64,000 bases of DNA from an uncultured Gemmatimonadales bacterium (GTDB lineage Bacteria > Gemmatimonadota > Gemmatimonadetes > Gemmatimonadales > GWC2-71-9), in contig CAWJIM010000024.1 of the NCBI GenBank assembly GCA_963842945.1, positions 64,001 through 128,000 on the forward strand, given 5' to 3'. This document shows positions 48,159-57,729 of the stretch, piece by piece. The notes beneath the pieces were generated by a model. That model saw only the letters and a list, made by a program, of their open reading frames with translations, searched no databases and had not been told where the DNA came from. Position 1 is the stretch's first letter. The number at the start of each line of letters is the position of its first letter. The translations under genes were made by a program, and so were the position numbers.

Positions 48159-48968
48159 ATGACCAAATCCCCTGGTACCGTGCGGATCGCTGCCCTGGGA
48201 GACATTCACCTGGGCGGCCGAGGGTTGGAGCCGCCACTGCAGATGCTCCTCAGCCAGGTCTCAGCGCACGCCGACATCCTCGCGCTATGTGGTGACCTGA
48301 CCGACCGGGGCGACCCGGACGAGGCGCGCGAGATGGCCAAGGCGCTCGGGTCCGTCACGGTTCCGATCGTCGCGGTGCTGGGTAATCACGATTATGAGTG
48401 CGGGAAGGTCAGCGAGGTGACCCGGATCCTGTGCGACGCAGGGGTCCGGGTGCTCGATGGCGACGCGCATGAGGTGTTGGGGGTCGGCTTTGCCGGAGCC
48501 AAGGGCTTTGCCGGCGGGTTCGGCCGGGGAGCCCTGGGACCCTGGGGAGAGCCTCTCATCAAGCAGTTCGTCAGAGAGGCGCTAGACGAGGCCCTCAAGC
48601 TGGAGACCGCGCTCAGTCGCCTACGCACGCCACGTAAGGTTGCGCTGCTCCACTACGCGCCCATCGCCGCAACCGTGGAAGGAGAGCCGCGGGAGATCTA
48701 CCCGTATCTTGGCTCCAGCCGGCTGGAGGAGCCGCTGGGGCGGTATCCGGTGGACGTGGTGTTCCACGGACACGCCCATCACGGCGCGCCCCAAGGACGG
48801 ACCATGGGGGACGTGCCGGTATACAATGTCTCGATGATGCTGTTGCAGCGGACGTACCCGGACCGGCCGGCATTTCGGGTGGTGGAGCTTCAGGTGGACG
48901 ACAACACCAATGAGGGAGCCGCCGGCGTCACCCCGCTTCGACGGGTTACCGACCGCCCGGTTGCTTGA
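48159..48968 (+). CDS. Calcineurin-like metallophosphoesterase
   Basis: GDIH, GDLTD, GNHD, LLH, HGHAH motifs. Confidence 0.9.
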   Translation: MTKSPGTVRIAALGDIHLGGRGLEPPLQMLLSQVSAHADILALCGDLTDRGDPDEAREMAKALGSVTVPIVAVLGNHDYECGKVSEVTRILCDAGVRVLDGDAHEVLGVGFAGAKGFAGGFGRGALGPWGEPLIKQFVREALDEALKLETALSRLRTPRKVALLHYAPIAATVEGEPREIYPYLGSSRLEEPLGRYPVDVVFHGHAHHGAPQGRTMGDVPVYNVSMMLLQRTYPDRPAFRVVELQVDDNTNEGAAGVTPLRRVTDRPVA

Positions 48969-50406
48969 CCGGCTGGGGTTCGAGCTCACCCGGCACACCG
49001 GGCTCAGTCATGGCTCGTAGGTCCAGAACCTCCTCTAATTCCCTTCCCTTCAACAGCCCCTTCTGGATCACGAGCTCCTTCACCGTGAGACCGGTTGCCA
49101 CCGCTTCCTTGGCCAGCTTGGCCGCTTCGCCGTAGCCGATACGGGGGGCCAGTGCTGTGACCAGGGCCGGGCTCCGCTCCAGCCAGTACCGGCACTGCGC
49201 CTCATCGGCCTGAATTCCGTCGATGCAGCGCTCGGCCAGGACCGCAGTCGCGTTCCCCACGATGAAGAGAGCGAACAGGATGTTGTGCGTGACCACCGGC
49301 ATCATCACGTTCAGCTCGAGCTGCCCTGCCTCGGTGGCAAGCCCGACCGTGGTATCCAGCCCCAGCGCTTGGTAGCAGACCTGGTTTACCATCTCGGCGA
49401 TGGAGGGGTTCACCTTGCCCGGCATGATGCTGGATCCCGGCTGTACCGAGGGAAGAAGAATTTCGGCGAAGCCGGTCCGGGGCCCTGACGCGAGCAGCCG
49501 GAGGTCGTTCGCGATCTTATTCAGGTCCAGCACATACGCCCGAAGCGCCCCGCTGAAAGTGGCAAAGTCGCCCAGCGACTGCATCAGCTGAATCAGGTCA
49601 CGTCCTGGGCGAAGTTGCATGCCCGTAATCCGGGATAGTTGCTTCACCATCAGCTCGGCATACTCCGGCTCGGCGTTGAGACCGGTGCCCACGGCGGTTC
49701 CGCCGATGTTGAGCTCGCGCAGCCAATCCGCGGCCGCCTCCAGCTTGTCCCGATGGCGCTGAACCGTGTGGCCGTACGCGGTGAACTCCTGGCCCAGGCG
49801 GATCGGGGTGGCGTCCTGCAGATGGGTTCGGCCCGATTTGATGATGTGATCGAACTCTTCGCCTTTAGCCAGGAGCGAGGTCGCCAGCCGGTCGAGGGAT
49901 ACCAAGGTTCCCGAGAGGGTGGCCAGAGTTGCCAGCCGCATAGCGGTGGGAATCACGTCATTCGTGCTCTGCGCCATGTTGACGTGATCGTTCGGATGCA
50001 CCGGCTGATACGACCCGCGCGTCGAGCCCAGGAGCTCGTTGGCCCGGTTCGCCAGCACCTCATTACAGTTCATGTTGTGACTGGTACCGGCACCAGCTTG
50101 ATACACGTCCAGAATGAATTGGTCCCGGTGCTTGCCACCGAGCACCTCGTCGGCCGCCTGCACGATGGCATCGGCCAAACGGGCCTCGAGCCGCCCTGTC
50201 TGCTTGTGCACCACTGCAGCCGAGCGCTTGATCCATACTACCGCGTCGACGAAGGCTGGGAGGGGGCGAAGTCCGGAGATGGGAAAGTTTTCCGATGCGC
50301 GCAGCGTTTGGATACCATACAGCGCGCTGGAAGGCACTGCTTTTTCGCCGAGGGGATCGCGCTCGATGCGAGTCGGCGCGGCAGCTTTTGCGTCGTGTGG
50401 AGTCAC
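48946..50406 (-). CDS. Aspartate ammonia-lyase / class II fumarase family
   Basis: HPNDHVNMAQSTND; GRTHLQDA; GSSIMPGKVNP. Confidence 0.92.
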   Translation of the reverse strand: MTPHDAKAAAPTRIERDPLGEKAVPSSALYGIQTLRASENFPISGLRPLPAFVDAVVWIKRSAAVVHKQTGRLEARLADAIVQAADEVLGGKHRDQFILDVYQAGAGTSHNMNCNEVLANRANELLGSTRGSYQPVHPNDHVNMAQSTNDVIPTAMRLATLATLSGTLVSLDRLATSLLAKGEEFDHIIKSGRTHLQDATPIRLGQEFTAYGHTVQRHRDKLEAAADWLRELNIGGTAVGTGLNAEPEYAELMVKQLSRITGMQLRPGRDLIQLMQSLGDFATFSGALRAYVLDLNKIANDLRLLASGPRTGFAEILLPSVQPGSSIMPGKVNPSIAEMVNQVCYQALGLDTTVGLATEAGQLELNVMMPVVTHNILFALFIVGNATAVLAERCIDGIQADEAQCRYWLERSPALVTALAPRIGYGEAAKLAKEAVATGLTVKELVIQKGLLKGRELEEVLDLRAMTEPGVPGELEPQPVKQPGGR

Positions 50407-50423
50407 TTCACATCCGGGGAAGA

Positions 50424-50771
50424 ATGACCACGTACTTTAGGTCGATCGCCGACATCGCCGGGTTCTCCAGGGAGAAGCCGTTCAAGGCCGACCTGTTTGG
50501 CAGCCCGAACCTGTTCGTCGGGCTGAATTGTTTTCAGCCGGGGCAGTCACAAAAAGTTCACGTCCATGCGGAGTCGGACAAATTTTATCTGGTCCTGTCG
50601 GGAAAGGCGAGGATGATTGTGGGAGAGGAGATGCGAGAGGCGGGTCAGGGAACGGTCGTCTGGGCTCCGGCGGATCTCCCTCACGGGGTGGCTGAAGCGC
50701 TGGAACCGACGGTCATGCTGGTTGTAATGGCCCCGCCCCCAGCCAGTATCAGCTCTCCAGCTGCTCCCTGA
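50424..50771 (+). CDS. Cupin domain protein
   Basis: HVHAESDKFYLVLSG...PADLPHGV; RBS GGGGAAG before ATG 50424. Confidence 0.85.
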   Translation: MTTYFRSIADIAGFSREKPFKADLFGSPNLFVGLNCFQPGQSQKVHVHAESDKFYLVLSGKARMIVGEEMREAGQGTVVWAPADLPHGVAEALEPTVMLVVMAPPPASISSPAAP

Positions 50772-51633
50772 CGTCCGCCGCACCCTGGCGGGCCAACTTC
50801 CTCAGCGCCGGCCAGCCGTAAATCTTTGCCGCCAGCCAGACGCCCAGCACGACGCCCACGCCGTTGGTGTACCAGCGCCAGGCCAACAGGAGCCAGCCCT
50901 GGTGTTCTCCCAGATCTCCCGCAGCGCCGCCCAGAAACCCCAACTCGACTGCGCCGGCGCCGGAGGGCGTCGGGAGGAGCAGCTGACTGTACAGCAGCGC
51001 GAAGGAACCCACCAGCATCGGACCCATGGCGGGCGGGTCCGGCAGCGTGAGCGCGAGAACCGGAAGAATCGCGACCCTGGTTCCCAGATTGACGAAGCTG
51101 AGAGGGAGGCTGACCACGAGTGGCCACAAGGGCATCCGCCGCCAGTACACCCGGGCACGCTTGACCGGCCGACGCAGGTGCCGAGCCACCGGCGAGGTTA
51201 CCCCGCGGGCGTAGCGCCACGCCAGAACACTGATGAGAAAGACGCCCGCGACCCACGGCCAGGCCTCCTCTGCGGCCGCCTCGAGCCGGGGACCGACGCT
51301 GGACCACCAGGCCGGCGCATATTCCCAACCGAGCCAGGCCGCGGCAATGATGATCACGGGCCAGGCCGCGAGAACCTCGAGACTGATACCCACGAAGGCG
51401 GCTGTAGCCGGTACCCGGCTCCGGAGCATCCCGGCCAGTCGAGCCGGCTCGCCGCCGATCCGGAGCGGCGTCAGTGCGCAGGCCGCGTCTCCAAACGCGT
51501 TGAGAACGAAGGCGTCCTTTACCGATAGCGGATAGCCGAGCCCCTGGATAATCCACTGAATGCGCCAGGCTCGCGCAATCAGATCGGCAACCACCAGGCC
51601 GACGCAAATGAGATGAGCCTCCAACGCCGTCAC
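50749..51633 (-). CDS. Lysylphosphatidylglycerol-synthase TM-domain (flippase-like) protein
   Basis: RAWRI; TPLRIGGEP; PTPSGAGAVE; WRWYT. Confidence 0.8.
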   Translation of the reverse strand: MTALEAHLICVGLVVADLIARAWRIQWIIQGLGYPLSVKDAFVLNAFGDAACALTPLRIGGEPARLAGMLRSRVPATAAFVGISLEVLAAWPVIIIAAAWLGWEYAPAWWSSVGPRLEAAAEEAWPWVAGVFLISVLAWRYARGVTSPVARHLRRPVKRARVYWRRMPLWPLVVSLPLSFVNLGTRVAILPVLALTLPDPPAMGPMLVGSFALLYSQLLLPTPSGAGAVELGFLGGAAGDLGEHQGWLLLAWRWYTNGVGVVLGVWLAAKIYGWPALRKLARQGAADVREQLES

Positions 51634-52361
51634 GCGGGCTGCGGTCCGCCGCAGAGGTCACCGTACCGGCCGGCAGTCCGATGCCTGCACCACCGTTCGA
51701 GAGCTCCCGCGACCGAACGTGCGGTCGCGGTGTGATCGAGATCCTGCGGATGGAGCGCAAGCCTGGGCCAGGCGCTGTCACGCTGGAGGCGCCAACGAGC
51801 CGTGGCAACTGCCGCCGAGCCCCAGGCCCGGAGCGGCGTTCTCGAGCTCCAGCGCACAACCGGCGACGCAACCCGGTCGCCCGACTCCAGCAGGTGAATG
51901 CTGGACGCGTCTTCAGTGAACGCGAGGCCTAGCGCTCGCGCTGCGTTGTCGGTGGCCTCCCGGGCCAGCCAGGCAGGCGCGACGAATCCTGAGGGGTTGA
52001 GACCTACTCGGCGCAGCCGGGAAAGGCCTTGGGCGATTCGGCGTCCGGCAGTCGGCTCCTCCAGAGTGAGAAACTCCGCCTCTCGCGCGGTGTTGCCCCA
52101 GGCTCGCCATGCATCGCGGGCTCCACGCGGCAACCCGTTCTCATCGTGACGCTCTCCGTGCAGGATCAGCTCCGCGCCTTGGTCGGCCCCTGTTTGGACC
52201 CATTTCACGAATTGCGGGTACCGCTCGAGTGGCCACTCGCCGTGCCAGTTCGGTACCACGAGAAGCGCCGGACTCACGCCCCGGCACTGGCAGAGCTCCC
52301 AGAGCTTCCGAACGTTCGTTTCGTGAGCAGGGGTAACGTCGTGAATGGAGACCAGCAGCAT
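51630..52361 (-). CDS. Polysaccharide deacetylase-like protein (DUF2334 type)
   Basis: VSIHDVTP; LHGERH; EAEF; GFVAPAW; RLALHPQD. Confidence 0.8.
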   Translation of the reverse strand: MLLVSIHDVTPAHETNVRKLWELCQCRGVSPALLVVPNWHGEWPLERYPQFVKWVQTGADQGAELILHGERHDENGLPRGARDAWRAWGNTAREAEFLTLEEPTAGRRIAQGLSRLRRVGLNPSGFVAPAWLAREATDNAARALGLAFTEDASSIHLLESGDRVASPVVRWSSRTPLRAWGSAAVATARWRLQRDSAWPRLALHPQDLDHTATARSVAGALERWCRHRTAGRYGDLCGGPQPA

Positions 52362-53710
52362 CACTGATCCAGAATGCGGCGATAAACGCTGAACAGCCGG
52401 TCGAAGACCTGATCCCACCCGTGGTTGGCTTCCACGTACGCGCGCCCCCGGACTCCCAGCTCATCCAAACCTCCGGTGATGAGCCGGATCGCGGCCTCCG
52501 CCAGGGCACTGCCGTCACCGGACGCGAACGAGGCGCCGGCGCCGGATCGGGTGACGGTTTCCGCCACGCCACCCCGGTCAGCCGTGAGTACCGGAGTACC
52601 GCTGGCCAGGGCCTCCAGAGCGGAGAGTCCGAAGGTCTCCAGTGAGCAGGGGGCGACATAGAGATCGACCGCGGCCATGAGATCGGCCAGGCGTTCTCGG
52701 TCTCCCTCGAACGGGAGCCAGACAAACCGGTCACTTCCTGGCTGGCGCTGCAGTCTCGCTCGTGACGGACCGTCGCCTACCAGGATCAGCCGGGCCCCCG
52801 TTCGCCGCTCGACCTCCGGCCAGCTCGCAAGCAGCAGGTCGAGCTCCTTCTCCCGGGCGATCCGTCCTACGAAGAGGGCCAACGGGCCCTGGGGCAGGTC
52901 CAGGCTCCGACGGGTTTCAGACCCATACGCCCGACGCCGCGGGTGGAACCCGTCCAGATCCACCCCGAGAGAAACTCGCTGCACCCGTTCTATCCCCTCA
53001 CGCTCCAATTCGCCAGCCACGAAGTCCGAGGGGGCCAGCGTGGCCTTGACCAGCCGGCTCAAGCGGCGAACGTACCGCCAGGCGAAGCGGCTCGCGGTAC
53101 GACGCATGGCCCCCGCCGTGCGTGGCCAGGGTGCAATGACCCGGGGGAAGTTGCTGTGGTAGAACCACACAGCCGGGACCTCGCCCCCTCGAGTGGCCAG
53201 GTGCACCAGCCACGGCGCACACCAGGCACTGCCGACCTCGATGAGATGGGGCCGCTCGTGCGCCACGATCCGGTTGGTGGAGCGTGTCGCCAGCATGAAG
53301 CGATAGGGTTTCTGGGTCGGGATCGAAGGACCGTGCAGCCGGTAGCAGCGAACTCCGCCGGTCTCGTGTATCGAGTCGCGCGCACCCGGCACAACCAGCA
53401 CCTGGCGCAGCTCGGGGCGACTCTCCACGTACCGCGCCTTCTGCAGCAGGTAGGTACGCACTCCTCCGGTGGTTTCCCCGAAGAATTCGGAGATGTCGAG
53501 CACGCCGAGCGCGCCGGGTCTCAGGCGGGGCGGCAGGACGCTCCGGGAAATGTCCAGCGAAGACCGCGCGTCGATCCCGGAGAACACGTCGAGATCGGGA
53601 ATGGTCCACACGGCGCGATCAGTCAGAACAGTCCCCGAGCGGATAGATGGTGCCGCAATTGGCACAAGGATTCTTGCACCCGCGGATCCGCGGGCGAACC
53701 GGGAAGCCAC
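52361..53710 (-). CDS. GT4 glycosyltransferase (start uncertain, probably ~53630)
   Basis: TGGVRTY; VGRIAREK; ETFGLSALEALASGTPV. Confidence 0.88.
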   Translation of the reverse strand: MASRFARGSAGARILVPIAAPSIRSGTVLTDRAVWTIPDLDVFSGIDARSSLDISRSVLPPRLRPGALGVLDISEFFGETTGGVRTYLLQKARYVESRPELRQVLVVPGARDSIHETGGVRCYRLHGPSIPTQKPYRFMLATRSTNRIVAHERPHLIEVGSAWCAPWLVHLATRGGEVPAVWFYHSNFPRVIAPWPRTAGAMRRTASRFAWRYVRRLSRLVKATLAPSDFVAGELEREGIERVQRVSLGVDLDGFHPRRRAYGSETRRSLDLPQGPLALFVGRIAREKELDLLLASWPEVERRTGARLILVGDGPSRARLQRQPGSDRFVWLPFEGDRERLADLMAAVDLYVAPCSLETFGLSALEALASGTPVLTADRGGVAETVTRSGAGASFASGDGSALAEAAIRLITGGLDELGVRGRAYVEANHGWDQVFDRLFSVYRRILDQ

Positions 53711-53734
53711 AGCGGTTGCACGTCGGTCGGGTCA

Positions 53735-53855
53735 GCGAGGCGGCGGGGCAGCGGGGCAGCGGGGGACCAAGTCGCGAACGTCGGCATCATGCCGTCGTCA
53801 GCGGATGGGAGTGACTGCCCCTCTGCCCCGCTGCCCCGCCGCCCCGCTGTCTCAC
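53735..53855. repeat. Inverted pair of 8-bp tandem arrays (GCGGGGCA x4 / TGCCCCGC x5)
   Basis: gcgaggcg gcggggca gcggggca gcggggga ...~49 nt... tgcccctc tgccccgc tgccccgc cgccccgc tgtctcac. Confidence 0.85.
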
Positions 53856-54499
53856 CCAATGCGATAGGCCCCGGTGAGGAATGGATTGGTGAGCCGTTCG
53901 ACCCCGATCGTGGTATCCAGGCCGTGGCCACTATGCACCACGGTCGAATCGGTCAGCGAGAGGAACTCGTTCTGAATCGTGGCCATGAGCGTGGTGGCGT
54001 CGCCTCCCGGCAAGTCCGTTCGGCCCACCGATCCGTTGAAGAGCACGTCTCCCCCGAAGATCAGGCCATAGCCGAGAAAGCTGACACTGCCGGGAGAGTG
54101 CCCCGGCGTGAATCGAACCTCGAAGCGATAATCACCGATTCGCAGGTGCTGTCCAGCCGTGAGCTCCGCGTGGGGAGCGGGCGGACGCTCCAGCTGCATA
54201 CCTACCCAGGTTCCATACTGGGGCAGCGAGTCGTACAGCGGCCGGTCGGCCCGATGCAGGTAGATCGGGGCGCCGGTGGCCTCATGCACGGCCTTCACAC
54301 CCATGATATGGTCGATATGGGCGTGAGTGAGCCAGATGGCCCGAAGCGCCCACTCCCGGCGGTTCAGCTCGGCCAGGAAACGGCTGGACTCCTCGCCCGG
54401 ATCGATGATCACCGCTTCGCCCGCGGCGGCATCCGCCACGAGGTAGCAGTTCTGGGCGAACTGTCCGTTCGGAATCGTCACCACTTCGGGACTAGACAC
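53852..54499 (-). CDS. MBL-fold metallo-hydrolase (glyoxalase II-like)
   Basis: THAHIDH; PGHSPGS; GDVLF; GRTDLPGG; GHG. Confidence 0.92.
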   Translation of the reverse strand: MSSPEVVTIPNGQFAQNCYLVADAAAGEAVIIDPGEESSRFLAELNRREWALRAIWLTHAHIDHIMGVKAVHEATGAPIYLHRADRPLYDSLPQYGTWVGMQLERPPAPHAELTAGQHLRIGDYRFEVRFTPGHSPGSVSFLGYGLIFGGDVLFNGSVGRTDLPGGDATTLMATIQNEFLSLTDSTVVHSGHGLDTTIGVERLTNPFLTGAYRIG

Positions 54500-55460
54500 C
54501 GGCCTTCGCCTTCGGCTCCGCCCGGCTCTTCCGATCGGACAGATATTTCTCCACTGCGATCGCCGCCGTGGTCGCGTCCCCCACAGCGGTGGTGATTTGA
54601 CGGGTGAGCTGCGCTCGCACGTCTCCCGCCGCGAACAATCCCGAAATGGAAGTCATCATCCGCTCATCGGTGACCAGGTAGCCGCTGGGATCGTGCACGA
54701 CATGCTGCTTCACCAGCCCGGTGTTGGGCCGAAAGCCGATGAAGATGAAGGCTCCGGTGGCGCTGAGAGAAGACAGCTGTCCGGTGACCGTGTCCTGCAG
54801 CTGCACCGACTGCAGGCCAGACGGTGCGCCTTTGAACTCGAGGACCCGTTTGTTCCAGATCACTTCGATCTTCGGGTTGGCGAACAGCCGCTCCTGCAGA
54901 ATCTTCGAGGCCCGGAACTGGTCTCGGCGGTGGATGACGTAGACCTTCTGGGCGTACCGGGTCAGATACTCGGCCTCCTCGACGGCGGCGTCTCCACCCC
55001 CGATAACGGCCAGGATTTCACCCTTGAAAAACGCGCCATCGCACACGGCACAGTAGGAAACCCCCCGGCCGGCGTACTCGACCTCACCGGGTACCTCCAA
55101 CTTCGTCGGCGTACCCCCGGCAGTGAGAATCACCGCGGGCGCCTGGTAGAGATGACCCAGACCGGTGGCGACATCGAAGGTGCCGTCGTCCAGACGCACG
55201 ATCGACTCCACCGTATCCTGCCGTATGTCAGCTCCGAACTTGACCGCATGCGCCGTCATCAGGTCGGCAAGCTGCCGGCCGAGGACGTGCTCGAACCCGG
55301 GATAATCGTCGATCCATTCGGTGTTCAGCAGCTCTCCGCCGGGCACACCCCGCTCGAGTAACAGCGACCGAAGCAGGCCCCGGCCAGCGTACATGGCTGC
55401 GCAGAGCCCTGCCGGGCCCCCACCTACGATGATCACGTCCAGCTCGGACTTGCCGGTCAT
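54492..55460 (-). CDS. trxB: Thioredoxin-disulfide reductase
   Basis: GGGPAG; GVSYCAVCDG; GGGDAAVEE; AAGDV. Confidence 0.95.
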   Translation of the reverse strand: MTGKSELDVIIVGGGPAGLCAAMYAGRGLLRSLLLERGVPGGELLNTEWIDDYPGFEHVLGRQLADLMTAHAVKFGADIRQDTVESIVRLDDGTFDVATGLGHLYQAPAVILTAGGTPTKLEVPGEVEYAGRGVSYCAVCDGAFFKGEILAVIGGGDAAVEEAEYLTRYAQKVYVIHRRDQFRASKILQERLFANPKIEVIWNKRVLEFKGAPSGLQSVQLQDTVTGQLSSLSATGAFIFIGFRPNTGLVKQHVVHDPSGYLVTDERMMTSISGLFAAGDVRAQLTRQITTAVGDATTAAIAVEKYLSDRKSRAEPKAKAGV

Positions 55461-55530
55461 ACCCGCTCCAGGATGCACACGAAACTCCCTATCGCTCCAA
55501 AATATAGAACGTCTGAGGGTTCCCGTGCGC

Positions 55531-56286
55531 TTAGGCCAGGTGGAGCAGATTTACCGCGCCGTGGCAACTGGACACCGTGCCGACCAGCACATCTATCGGG
55601 GTTCCTTTGGCGCCCGCGGCTGCCACCGCAGCATCGCCCTCGAGCACCTCCGCAACGTCGAACATGCCAACGCCATAGACCCGGTGCTCGCAGACGAAGA
55701 GAACCGGGCCTGCCGTCGGCTGGGAGCGATCCAGTTTCCGGGCGACGGCAGCCAGGGCATCCGCCATCTCCCAGCTCCGGGGGGCTCGGATGATGGGACA
55801 AATCGCTGGCTCGATACAGTGCGTGGGACAAATCCAGTCGGCATAGGAGACATATCGGGTCTGGTCAGGCGCCGTTACATCGTAGGGAGTGCCCGGTGCC
55901 GCGGGCACCGCCGTCGTTTCGATCCTCCTGCCCGGCCAGCGACGGCGAGCCTGGCGAACCAGCCACTCGTACATCAGATGGGGCATGAGGGGTGACGGCA
56001 CGATGGCATCACCGGGACCACTCTGGGGAGCCGGGTGGGAGTCTTCCAGATAGCGGTCGAAAAACTCGCCCCAGTCCTGAACAACGAGGGTTACCCCCTC
56101 CCGAGTGCCGATCTCCCGGGCAACCCGGCACTGTGGATCGCGGTCTACCACCAGAAGCCGGCGGAAGCGGGCCCGGCCTCGTTCCGCGGCACGCAGGAGT
56201 TGCCCGGTATAGAAGGTGCCGTAGCAGCCGCCCCCCACGATGACGACATCGCGAAAGGCCGCGCTACTGGACCAGTCGTCCACCAT
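55531..56286 (-). CDS. Hypothetical protein: Rossmann N-terminus plus Cys/His-rich C-terminus
   Basis: VIVGGGCYG; CPTHCIEPAICP; CEH; SSCHG. Confidence 0.7.
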   Translation of the reverse strand: MVDDWSSSAAFRDVVIVGGGCYGTFYTGQLLRAAERGRARFRRLLVVDRDPQCRVAREIGTREGVTLVVQDWGEFFDRYLEDSHPAPQSGPGDAIVPSPLMPHLMYEWLVRQARRRWPGRRIETTAVPAAPGTPYDVTAPDQTRYVSYADWICPTHCIEPAICPIIRAPRSWEMADALAAVARKLDRSQPTAGPVLFVCEHRVYGVGMFDVAEVLEGDAAVAAAGAKGTPIDVLVGTVSSCHGAVNLLHLA

Positions 56287-56995
56287 CGACCACCAGGATC
56301 TCGCCGGTCACGTAGTCACCACCCTCCAGGAGGTACAGCAACGCCGCCACCACGTCCGCCGGACTTCCCAGGCGGCGGAGCGGCGTCGAGCGCACCAGCC
56401 GCTCGCGATCCTCGGCGCTGTAGTCCTCCGGTATCAGCACCGCCCCAGGTGCAATGGCGTTGACCGTGACGTCGGGAGCCAGGCTTCGGGCCAGCACCTT
56501 GGTCAGCATGACAACTCCGGCCTTGCTGATGGAATGCGCCGCAAAACCGGGCCAGGGTTCGAGGCCTGCCAGGTCCGCCAGGTTCACCACCTTGCCCCGG
56601 CTCTGCCGGAGCGCCGCCGCCGCTCCCCGGGTACAGAAGAATACCGACCGGAGGTTGAGGCCAAGAATGGCATCCCACTGCTCCGGCGTAGTGTCCTCCA
56701 GACTCAGCCGATGCATGACCGCCGCAGAGTTGACCAGAACGTTGAGGCCACCCAGCCGGGCGGCGACCGTACGAGGCAAGGATTCGGCGGCATGTGGGTC
56801 GGTGAGGTCGGCTTGAAAGCATGCGGCGCGTCCTCCCGCTGCCTCGATCTGTCCAGCCAGCTCGCGCGCGCCGGCTTCAGACTGGTGATAGTGCAGCGCG
56901 ACGGTCATGCCCCGTTCTGCCAGTGCCTGCGCCATGGCGCGGCCCAACCGGCGTCCGGCGCCGGTCACCAGTGCCACCTTGCCCCGTAGCTCCAT
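56264..56995 (-). CDS. SDR oxidoreductase, pteridine reductase/FolM-like
   Basis: TGAGRRLG; ALHYHQS; VNAIAPG; catalytic YxxxK appears as HSISK. Confidence 0.85.
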   Translation of the reverse strand: MELRGKVALVTGAGRRLGRAMAQALAERGMTVALHYHQSEAGARELAGQIEAAGGRAACFQADLTDPHAAESLPRTVAARLGGLNVLVNSAAVMHRLSLEDTTPEQWDAILGLNLRSVFFCTRGAAAALRQSRGKVVNLADLAGLEPWPGFAAHSISKAGVVMLTKVLARSLAPDVTVNAIAPGAVLIPEDYSAEDRERLVRSTPLRRLGSPADVVAALLYLLEGGDYVTGEILVVDGGRLVQ

Positions 56996-57729
56996 TAGTG
57001 AGCGCCGGAGCCCGGCGGTGCAATCGGTACGATTTTTCCGGTAACGGTTGATGACGGGCTGGCGAGGGCCATAACGCCCTCGGTGACTTCCCGCATTTCA
57101 ACGTACTGAGCTTGGCCTTCTCCCACGGCGGCAACGTTGTCCATGGTTCGCACCATTGCCGGCGCCACCGCGTTCACCCGGATCTTGCGGTCCTGCAGCT
57201 CGAGGGCAAGGCTTTGGGTGAATCCCGCTACGGCGGCTTTGGCGGCGCTGTAGATCGCCATCGGCGCCTGGGGGCTGAAGTACGCGATCGAGCAGAAGTT
57301 GATGATGCAGCCTCGGCTCCGGCTCAACGCGTCAATGGCGGCCTGCGACACCAGCACAGCCGTTTTCAGGTTGATGGAAATCTCCCGGTCGATAGCCTTG
57401 ACCGTGAGATCATTGATGGGGCCATAGGTGGTGAGTCCGCCGGCCACGTTCACCACCACATCCAGGCGGCCGAAGTGCTTGAGCGCAACTTCCACCGCGA
57501 GCGCCGCGATGTCGGGTTCGGTGAGGTCACCGGCGCAGGGCCGGGCATCCACCCCCTGGGCCGCGAACTCCCGAACCCGCTCGGCCACTCCCACCGCATT
57601 CTGGTCGCAAGCCACGATCTTGGCACCGGCTTTTCCGAAGGCGAGTGCGACGGCGTTGCCGATCTGGCCCGCGCGTCCCACCCCGGTGACCAACACCACC
57701 TTGTCCGCGAACTCCGACTTCGGGCTCAA
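56995..57729 (-). CDS. SDR oxidoreductase
   Basis: TGVGRAGQIG; YSAAK; IRVNAVAP. Confidence 0.88.
   Translation of the reverse strand: MSPKSEFADKVVLVTGVGRAGQIGNAVALAFGKAGAKIVACDQNAVGVAERVREFAAQGVDARPCAGDLTEPDIAALAVEVALKHFGRLDVVVNVAGGLTTYGPINDLTVKAIDREISINLKTAVLVSQAAIDALSRSRGCIINFCSIAYFSPQAPMAIYSAAKAAVAGFTQSLALELQDRKIRVNAVAPAMVRTMDNVAAVGEGQAQYVEMREVTEGVMALASPSSTVTGKIVPIAPPGSGAH

Noticed and set aside
52943..54595. Long plus-strand ORFs (550 aa here; also 1009-2103, 13669-14955, 15233-16630, 46843-48033, 60991-62223)
   Set aside because: They are antisense shadows of well-supported minus-strand genes, expected in high-GC DNA, and have no recognisable motifs.
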